NCBI GenBank assembly: GCA_963771275.1
Contig: CAVYSW010000003.1
Span: 1,056,001-1,120,000 of the forward strand
DNA from: an uncultured Gemmatimonadales bacterium
GTDB taxonomy: Bacteria; Gemmatimonadota; Gemmatimonadetes; Gemmatimonadales; GWC2-71-9
DNA: 64,000 bases
Reading direction: 5' to 3'
Part shown: positions 57,623-64,000 of the stretch, piece by piece
Numbering within the stretch: position 1 is the first letter of the stretch
How the letters are laid out: the number at the start of each line of letters is the position of its first letter
Made by a program: the position numbers and the translations under genes
The notes under the pieces: generated by a model
What the model was told of the DNA's origin: nothing
Seen by the model: only the letters and a program-made list of their open reading frames with translations
The model's database searches: none

Positions 57623-58192
57623 ATGCGCCAGCCCGAGATCCGCGTCACCCTCCCCTCCTGGGTCGCGTCGTTCGTCCCGTGGGCCCGATCGCACGCAACG
57701 GACGCCGAGCGCATGCGGCTGGCAGTGGCGCTGGCCGACGAGAACCTCACGCGCCGGAGCGGCGGCCCGTTCGGAGCCGTCATCTTCGACCTCGAGAGCG
57801 GCCTCCCGATTGCCGTCGGCGTCAATCTCGTCGAACGGGCGCGCAACGCGATCCTCCACGCCGAGATCGTGGCACTGATGCTGGCGGAGCGACGCCTCGA
57901 CCGCTACTCGCTTGGCGATCCCGACCTGCCGCCCCACGGGCTCGTGACCTCCTGCGAGCCCTGTGCCATGTGCCTCGGTGCCGCCCTGTGGAGCGGGGTG
58001 CGACGGCTGGTCTGTGGCGCGACGCGGGAAGACGCCCGCCGGCTCGGGTTCGATGAAGGGCCGGTGTTCCCCGAGTCGTATCACTATCTCGAGCGCCGTG
58101 GCATGACGATCGTCCGTGAAGTCCATCGTGCGGAAGCCGCCGCCGTGCTCGAGCGATATGCGGCCGAGGGTGGCACCATCTACAATGGATAG
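57623..58192 (+). CDS. Zn-dependent nucleoside/nucleobase deaminase (guanine deaminase-like)
   Basis: GGPFGA, HAE, EPCAMC, GFDEG; alternative GTG 57614. Confidence 0.88.
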   Translation: MRQPEIRVTLPSWVASFVPWARSHATDAERMRLAVALADENLTRRSGGPFGAVIFDLESGLPIAVGVNLVERARNAILHAEIVALMLAERRLDRYSLGDPDLPPHGLVTSCEPCAMCLGAALWSGVRRLVCGATREDARRLGFDEGPVFPESYHYLERRGMTIVREVHRAEAAAVLERYAAEGGTIYNG

Positions 58193-58742
58193 GCCCGCGC
58201 CCCAACCCACGCTGGCGACGCCACGCCTGCTGCTCCGCCCGCTGGCTCTGGCGGACGCCGCGGAGGTACAGCGTCTGGCCGGGGTGTGGGAAGTCGCGGA
58301 TACCACTCTCAGTATTCCGCATCCCTATGAGGACGGGGTCGCGGAAGCGTGGATCGCCACGCTGGCCGACCTGTACGCGCGCCGCGAGCAGGTGGTGTTC
58401 GCGATCGCCGCCCGCCCCGACGACTACCTGCTCGGGGCCATCGGTCTCGTGCTGCGCCGCACGTACAACCGCGCCGAGCTCGGTTACTGGATTGGGAAAC
58501 CGTTCTGGGGTCTCGGCTACGCCACGGAGGCCGCGATGGCGGCGTTGCGCTACGGGTTCGGGACGCTCGCGCTCAACCGCATCCACGCCTGTCACTTTGC
58601 GCGGAACCCGGCGTCGGGACGGGTGCTGCAGAAGATCGGCATGCGGCAGGAGGGCGTGGCGCGGCAGCACGTCAGGCGCTGGGGCCGGTATGAGGATCTC
58701 GTGCAGTACGGCATCCTGCGAGAGGAGCACGACGCCCAATGA
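58185..58742 (+). CDS. GNAT acetyltransferase, RimJ/RimL family
   Basis: TPRLLLRP, ELGYWIG, GYATEA, NPASGRVLQKIGM. Confidence 0.92.
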   Translation: MDRPAPQPTLATPRLLLRPLALADAAEVQRLAGVWEVADTTLSIPHPYEDGVAEAWIATLADLYARREQVVFAIAARPDDYLLGAIGLVLRRTYNRAELGYWIGKPFWGLGYATEAAMAALRYGFGTLALNRIHACHFARNPASGRVLQKIGMRQEGVARQHVRRWGRYEDLVQYGILREEHDAQ

Positions 58743-59803
58743 GACGGCTCGCTTGGCTGCTCGCGATGGCCGCCGCGGCCTCCACCACGGACCGGGCGGC
58801 GGGCCAGAGCGTGACCCACGTGATCGGTGTGAGCGGGGAGTTCCGCGGCATGTCGGCGACCGGATCGGTGGTGTGGGCGAGTGGACGGGGTGGGAAGTAC
58901 GCCCGCTCGACCGACGGCGGGGTGACCTGGACGGCCGGAACCGTGCCCGGCGCCGAGGACATGGTCCTGGTGGACGTCGCGGCACTCGATGACCGCTCCG
59001 CCTGTGTCCTCGCCACGAGCTTCGAGGGAGGCCTGGGCAGGATCTACCGTACCGCCGACGGCGGCGCAACGTGGACCCTGTCCTACGAGCACGAGCGTCC
59101 CGGCGTCTTCTTCGATGGGATGGCGTTTTGGGACGCGCGGCACGGGCTCGCGTTCGGCGATCCCGTGGACGGTGCCTTTTCCATCGTGCGCACCACCGAT
59201 GGCGGCGCGTCGTGGTCCGAGGTCCGGCGCGAGAAGATCCCCATACCGCTCGACGGGGAAGCGGGCTTTGCCGCCAGCGGGACCGCGATCGCGGTCGTGG
59301 GGACCCGGCATGGCTGGATCGGCACCGGCGGCGGGCCCGTGGCGCGCGTCCTCCGCACCGGCGACGGCGGCCTCTCGTGGTCCGCCGAGACCACGCCGCT
59401 CCCCGGCGGGGCCGCGACGGGAATCTTCGGGGTCGCGTTCCGCGATACCGTCCACGGCATGGCCGTGGGTGGGAACTACCAGCAGCCTTCCGCCGCCGGT
59501 CCGAACGTGGTTCGGACCACGGACGGCGGCCGCACGTGGGTGCTCGCCGGGACCACTGCGCCTGCCGGGGTCCGCTACGGTCTCGCCTATCTGCCGGGGG
59601 CTGCGGGGACCGCAGTGACCGTGGGGCCCACCGGGTACGGCCTGACGCACGATGACGGGCGCACATGGGTCGCGGTCGATACGCTGTACGCCTTCACCCT
59701 CGCGCTCGCGCCGGGGCGTGGTTGGCTCGCCGGTCCGGCGGGGCGCATCATCGGGCTCGACCCCGCACTTCTGCGTTCGCCGGAGCGGGGCGGCGGCCGC
59801 TAG
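58739..59803 (+). CDS. Exported BNR/Asp-box beta-propeller (YCF48-like)
   Basis: Repeated T/A/G-DGGxT/SW boxes; FAASGT; signal peptide. Confidence 0.85.
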   Translation: MRRLAWLLAMAAAASTTDRAAGQSVTHVIGVSGEFRGMSATGSVVWASGRGGKYARSTDGGVTWTAGTVPGAEDMVLVDVAALDDRSACVLATSFEGGLGRIYRTADGGATWTLSYEHERPGVFFDGMAFWDARHGLAFGDPVDGAFSIVRTTDGGASWSEVRREKIPIPLDGEAGFAASGTAIAVVGTRHGWIGTGGGPVARVLRTGDGGLSWSAETTPLPGGAATGIFGVAFRDTVHGMAVGGNYQQPSAAGPNVVRTTDGGRTWVLAGTTAPAGVRYGLAYLPGAAGTAVTVGPTGYGLTHDDGRTWVAVDTLYAFTLALAPGRGWLAGPAGRIIGLDPALLRSPERGGGR

Positions 59804-59834
59804 CCCGATCCCCGCGGCGTCGCGCTCCTCGCGA

Positions 59835-60383
59835 CTAGTGCCTCGTCGTGCTCGTGTCCTGACAGCAGCCGGGCATGCCCTTTCCCATCCCCGCACCCAT
59901 CCCCATGTCGTGCTCCATCCAGCCCTTGACCGTGGCCCGCTGCTCGTCGGTAAGCAGGGCCATCGCCGCGAGCCCCGCCTGGACCTGAACCCAATGTCCC
60001 GCGCCCATCGCGTCGAGCGCGGCTTGGAACTGTCGGTGCACCATGGCGGAATCGGGGCTCGCCGCCTGCATGGCCGTCATCATCGCTTCCATGTGCTGAT
60101 GCTGAGTCGCGGTCGCGCGGTCGTACTGCTCGCGCGCATCGGCCGCCAGCTTCTCGATCTTTGCCACCTGGTCGCCCGTGAGCTTGAGATCGGCCTTTCG
60201 CTCCAGCAGGTGCGCCGCTCCGAACGCCATCATGTGCATCCCGGGCTCCATCTGCGTTCCCATGTGGGAGCTCATCTGGTCGCCGTGCATGCCGGATCCC
60301 ATCTGATGCTGGTGCTGCTGGGCCGCCAGGGGCGCTGTTGCCGCCGCGGCCAGGGCGACGACCACTGTTCCGAGCTTCATCAT
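59835..60383 (-). CDS. Exported Met/His-rich Spy/CpxP-like protein
   Basis: Signal peptide; LKLTGDQ and LLTDEQ (LTxxQ) motifs; Met/His-rich termini; GCC near C-terminus. Confidence 0.78.
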   Translation of the reverse strand: MMKLGTVVVALAAAATAPLAAQQHQHQMGSGMHGDQMSSHMGTQMEPGMHMMAFGAAHLLERKADLKLTGDQVAKIEKLAADAREQYDRATATQHQHMEAMMTAMQAASPDSAMVHRQFQAALDAMGAGHWVQVQAGLAAMALLTDEQRATVKGWMEHDMGMGAGMGKGMPGCCQDTSTTRH

Positions 60384-60739
60384 GCTTCCGCTCCTTCTGC
60401 TCCCGCGGCAGATCGGGGAGCGCCGGGTTGGTGGGGGACGTGCGGGCAGCGATCCGTGCTGGGAAAGAGCGTTGCCCGACCTGTGCCCAAAGATACCCGA
60501 CTTCCGACCGCGGAGGTCCCGGGAGCGGGAGGACTTGAGCGCCCGGCTACGCCTTGGGATCGCGCTCAGGGCGAGTCGCGAGCTCGGAGCCGCGCCGCGG
60601 CGTAGGTGAACGAGGTGGTGTGCGTGCGGGACCGCCCGTTCGCGGTGTCGCGCCGTACGAGGCTCACCCGAATGCTGTCGACGGACCGTCCCTCCGGCCA
60701 GCCGCCGCATCCCGTGCCTCCCGTCAATGGTCGATGCCC

Positions 60740-60928
60740 TCAATCCTGATGCTCCGCCGGGCTCAGCCGCTCGGCGCCCGGCAGCTTCCCGACCAGACGG
60801 GCCGGATCGTGAATCAGGATCGGCAAGTGCTGAGGGCAGATCCAGTGGGTCGTGCCCTGGTATTCGAGCGGAATCAAGGGGGTTTCGTCAGGCCCGCGGT
60901 GGCAGGCCAGGCATGACTTCTCGGGCAT
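60740..60928 (-). CDS. Small Cys/His protein (CxxC...CxxH), putative metal-binding
   Basis: MPEKSCLACHRGPDETPLIPLEYQGTTHWICPQHLPILIHDP. Confidence 0.72.
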   Translation of the reverse strand: MPEKSCLACHRGPDETPLIPLEYQGTTHWICPQHLPILIHDPARLVGKLPGAERLSPAEHQD

Positions 60929-60943
60929 CGGTGGCTCGCTTGC

Positions 60944-61414
60944 TCAATTGGCGGGGAGCTTTCCGGTGACGCGCAGCAGCCACCGGAAGCAGCGGTGCCC
61001 CGGATCAACCGGCTCGCAGAACATCATCGGGCACCCGCCCGCGATCACCGTGACGCCACGCTCGCGTCCCAGCTCGGCCGCGCGGTCGGAGACGCTCCCG
61101 GTGCCGAATGAGCGGTGCATCCAGACGCGCGGCACGCCGAGTTGCGCGCACTGCTCGACGAGCCGCTCGCTAACGGCCGGCGTGGTGGCGAGCACGGCGC
61201 CGTCCACGCTGTGGGGCAGCGCTGCGAGCGTGGGGTAGCACGTGTCCCCTTCAACCGATTCCGCGTTGGGATTGACGGCGTACACGACGTAGCCTGCTTT
61301 GCGCAACGTCCGGTAGATCAGGTTCGCGGGCTGCCGCGTGTCGCGCGACACCCCCACGACCGCGAGGTGCTTCTGCCGCAGGAACTCCGCGATGGATGGT
61401 GGGACCTTGGCCAT
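60944..61414 (-). CDS. CoA-binding protein (YccU-like)
   Basis: AVVGVS, YAVNP, VWMH, GCPMMF; GGAGGA before ATG 61414. Confidence 0.88.
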   Translation of the reverse strand: MAKVPPSIAEFLRQKHLAVVGVSRDTRQPANLIYRTLRKAGYVVYAVNPNAESVEGDTCYPTLAALPHSVDGAVLATTPAVSERLVEQCAQLGVPRVWMHRSFGTGSVSDRAAELGRERGVTVIAGGCPMMFCEPVDPGHRCFRWLLRVTGKLPAN

Positions 61415-61529
61415 GTCAGTCCTCCGCGTCGTCCAAGTTGTAGGCGATGCGCCGCCTCCTCGGCGGGCACCGCCGGGGTGCGCCTCTCGGTCTGAGCCGA
61501 CTGTCCGTGCGCACAGGCATCGCCACGCG

Positions 61530-62381
61530 CTAGTTGAACATCCATCGCCGGCCACCCCGCGCGGCCGCGTGAACGGCGTCCCCAAAGCGGCGTACTTCCT
61601 CGAGTCGCGCCTCGTCGAGCGGCCCGTCGAGCGCGGCGGCAACGTCCTCCCGGAGCTCCGCGGGCGTTCGCGCCGCGCATAGCGCCGTGTCCACGGCGGG
61701 ATGCGACAGGGCGAACCGATAGCAGTCGCCGGCGGGCATGCCCTGTGGGAAGCCGGCGCGCGGGACCGGCTGCAGCAGCATGCCCCACCGCGTCGCAGTG
61801 TAGGAGATGATGGCCGGCGTGCGCGTCCCCAGCGCGCCGAACACCTCGTCCTCAGCGCCGCGATGCGCCGCGTTGTAACGGATCATCAGCGTGTCCACGT
61901 CGAACTCGCGTGCGAGCGCCGCGGCGAGCCGCCGCTTGTGACACGAGAACCCGATGGCCCGCACCCTGCCCTGCTCCCGCAGTCGCCGCATCGCGGCCCA
62001 CGTCTTCCCGGTGAGGTACCACCGGGCCTGGACCCATCCGAGCAGGTAGATGTCCAGCGTGTCCACGCCGAGTGCTCTGGCGTGCCGCTCCCACCCGCGT
62101 CGCACGAACCCCCCCGTGGGAAGCCCCATCTCGGCGAGCAGCACGAGGTCATCGCGGTGCCCGGCGCGGATCAGCCGCCGCAGCCCCTCCACCAGGGGGG
62201 GCATCAGCAGCCAGTGAAACAGGAACGTGTTGATCCCGTGCTCGTAGAATGCCTGTTCGACGTCGGCGGCGGTGAGCTTGAGCCCGCGCGGGCCCGCCGC
62301 CCGCACCGAGCCGGCGCCGAGTGCGAGCGGCGTGACCTGGAGACCGGTTCGCCCGAACGGACGTGGCTGCAGGCGAGGCAT
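61530..62381 (-). CDS. Aldo/keto reductase family protein
   Basis: FGRTGLQVTPLALG, LGVDTLDIYLL, GRVRAIGFSCH, RYN, FALSHPAV; GGAGG before ATG 62381. Confidence 0.82.
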   Translation of the reverse strand: MPRLQPRPFGRTGLQVTPLALGAGSVRAAGPRGLKLTAADVEQAFYEHGINTFLFHWLLMPPLVEGLRRLIRAGHRDDLVLLAEMGLPTGGFVRRGWERHARALGVDTLDIYLLGWVQARWYLTGKTWAAMRRLREQGRVRAIGFSCHKRRLAAALAREFDVDTLMIRYNAAHRGAEDEVFGALGTRTPAIISYTATRWGMLLQPVPRAGFPQGMPAGDCYRFALSHPAVDTALCAARTPAELREDVAAALDGPLDEARLEEVRRFGDAVHAAARGGRRWMFN

Positions 62382-62410
62382 GATCACCTCCGGGTGTCGC
62401 GTGGGCGGGA

Positions 62411-62866
62411 CTAGAAGCGCTCGCCCCGCGCTTCGCGCGCCCGACTGCCAACCGCGCGGATCCGCGCGCGGATGGCCCAGATGAAGAGGGCCAGACCGAC
62501 GACTTGTCCCAGACCGCAGCACAGGATGACCCAGCGAAGCCACCCGGGGCCGCCTGCGTCCCGTGCCACTTCGCCGGCAATCCGCCCCGCGGTGCCGAGT
62601 GTGAGCACCCAGTAGACCACCTCGATCTGCGCGGGGTGGTAGCGGGCGTCCTCCCGCGCGGGCCGCGGGAACAGCCAGAGCGCGACCCCCAGGATCATGA
62701 ACATCATGAAGCCCACGAGCAGCGCGTGCGTATGGGCCGAAACGAGGTACAGTCCCGGCCAGGCCCCCGATACCTCGCGTTGCACGAGCGCGTGCGCCCC
62801 GAGGAGCAGCCCGACGATCAGGAATCCGAATGCGGTCCAGATGAACCGCCGCGCCACACTATGCAT
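62411..62866 (-). CDS. Four-TM membrane protein resembling a heme-copper oxidase subunit I fragment
   Basis: AHTHALLVGFMMFMILGVALWLFPR. Confidence 0.6.
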   Translation of the reverse strand: MHSVARRFIWTAFGFLIVGLLLGAHALVQREVSGAWPGLYLVSAHTHALLVGFMMFMILGVALWLFPRPAREDARYHPAQIEVVYWVLTLGTAGRIAGEVARDAGGPGWLRWVILCCGLGQVVGLALFIWAIRARIRAVGSRAREARGERF

Positions 62867-62873
62867 CGTTCCC

Positions 62874-63203
62874 TCAGACGCGGATCATCGCCAGCATCAT
62901 GCGGAATCGGCTGACCGCCCGCAATGCGTGGGGCGTGTTCGCCGGCATGAAGATCGCCTCGCCCGCGCCGACGCGGTGCGGCGTTCCGGCGATCGCGATC
63001 TCCGCCTCGCCGTCGAGTACGGACACTACGGCGTCGAACGGGGCTGTGTGCTCGCTCAGCTCCTGCCCCGCGTCGAACGCGAACACGGTGATCGATCCGG
63101 CCGGGCGCTTGACCAGCACCCGGCTCACGATCGCCTCCGCCTGGTAGTGCACCAGGTCGGCGAGCGCCCGGGGGCGGTCAAGTCCTGGCCCGTCCTCCCT
63201 CAT
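62874..63203 (-). CDS. Cupin domain protein
   Basis: FAFDAGQELSEHTAP, LDGEA, MPANTPHAL. Confidence 0.88.
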   Translation of the reverse strand: MREDGPGLDRPRALADLVHYQAEAIVSRVLVKRPAGSITVFAFDAGQELSEHTAPFDAVVSVLDGEAEIAIAGTPHRVGAGEAIFMPANTPHALRAVSRFRMMLAMIRV

Positions 63204-64000
63204 CGGGACGCCCCCACGGGCATGACCAGCACCTCGAGCCGAGTGGGTCGCTCCGGGCTGCGGTACACGCGCATCGTGGCCGCGCGGTAATCGCTCGCCC
63301 GGGCTTCGAAGATGTTCGGCACGAACGTCTGCGGGTTCCGGTCGATGTAGGGGAACCACGAGCTCTGAATCTGCACCATGATGCGATGCCCCTTGCGGAA
63401 CGTGTAGTAGATGTCGGGCATCGTGAACCGCAGCGAGTCGGGGCGGTTGGGCACGAACGCGACCGGCCGCTCGAAGCCACGGCGGAACCGTCCGCGGAAC
63501 GGCTCACCACGCACCAGCTCCTGGTAACCGCTCATCACCAGGCTGGAATCGTCGGGATCCGGCGGCGTGTCGGCGGGCAGGACGTCGATCAGCTTCACCA
63601 CGAAGTCCGCGTCCGTGCCGCTGGTCGCCACGTGGAGCACGGGAGTCACCGGGCCCGCCATCGTGACGTCCTGGGTGAGCGGGTCCGTTTCGTAGACGAG
63701 CACGTCGGGCCGCTGGGCCGCGAAGCGCTGGTCGGCCGTCATGTACTCCCGCGGCATCCGGGATGCAATCCAGCCGATGAACGGAACCGGCTTTGCGGGA
63801 TCGCTGATGTACTGGTCGTACTCCGACACCCCCGCCCGGGGCGGCGGCACCTCGAAGGAGAGGTGCCCCCCGGGTTGCAGGTACAGCGCGCGGGGTGTGG
63901 CGGCGGCCGGCGGCCAGGCGCGTTCCCGGTGCCATGCGTTGGTGCCCCCCTCGAACACCAGCGCCTCGGAGAGGTCGGCCGGCGGAGCGTCCTTCAGGTA
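63200..64000 (-). CDS. CocE/NonD-family hydrolase, C-terminal part (start outside window)
   Basis: YISDPAKPVP, DQRFA, RPDVLVY, DADFVVKLIDV, GHRIMVQIQSSWFP, DRNPQ. Confidence 0.9.
   Translation of the reverse strand, partial: YLKDAPPADLSEALVFEGGTNAWHRERAWPPAAATPRALYLQPGGHLSFEVPPPRAGVSEYDQYISDPAKPVPFIGWIASRMPREYMTADQRFAAQRPDVLVYETDPLTQDVTMAGPVTPVLHVATSGTDADFVVKLIDVLPADTPPDPDDSSLVMSGYQELVRGEPFRGRFRRGFERPVAFVPNRPDSLRFTMPDIYYTFRKGHRIMVQIQSSWFPYIDRNPQTFVPNIFEARASDYRAATMRVYRSPERPTRLEVLVMPVGASR

Noticed and set aside
60900..60915. CLACH as a c-type heme attachment motif
   Set aside because: No signal peptide; the later CPQH fits a Zn/metal finger better

Overview
High-GC core chromosomal region, probably from a Gemmatimonadota-like bacterium (inferred from gene content such as GWxTD proteins; not verified). 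It spans the replication origin: mnmE-yidC-yidD-rnpA-rpmH <> dnaA-oriC-dnaN. Other contents: rnpB (RNase P RNA), tRNA-Phe(GAA), a cbiMQO-type Co/Ni ECF transporter, a two-component cluster upstream of a truncated TonB-dependent receptor, an ECF sigma/anti-sigma pair, a coupled holA-SPOR-mutS-tonB::cbs-queD-ddl run, polA, rnd, pyrE and many exported hydrolases and lipoproteins. I saw no integrase, transposase, CRISPR array or recognisable defence system. I found no clearly complete novel system. The best candidates are: (1) an in-frame lipoprotein TonB-C::cystathionine beta-synthase fusion that hinges on a G7 tract; (2) a pseudo-rhomboid/macrodomain/TPR-GWxTD/HExxH cluster; (3) a Ser/Thr kinase <> GWxTD lipoprotein-Slt cluster; (4) an uncalled 54-aa RRxGxDRR-repeat miniprotein; (5) a CbiM/NikM starting MAH instead of MH; (6) two CTG starts coupled to the upstream stop through CTGA overlaps. 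All product calls come from motif recognition by eye; no database search was run.
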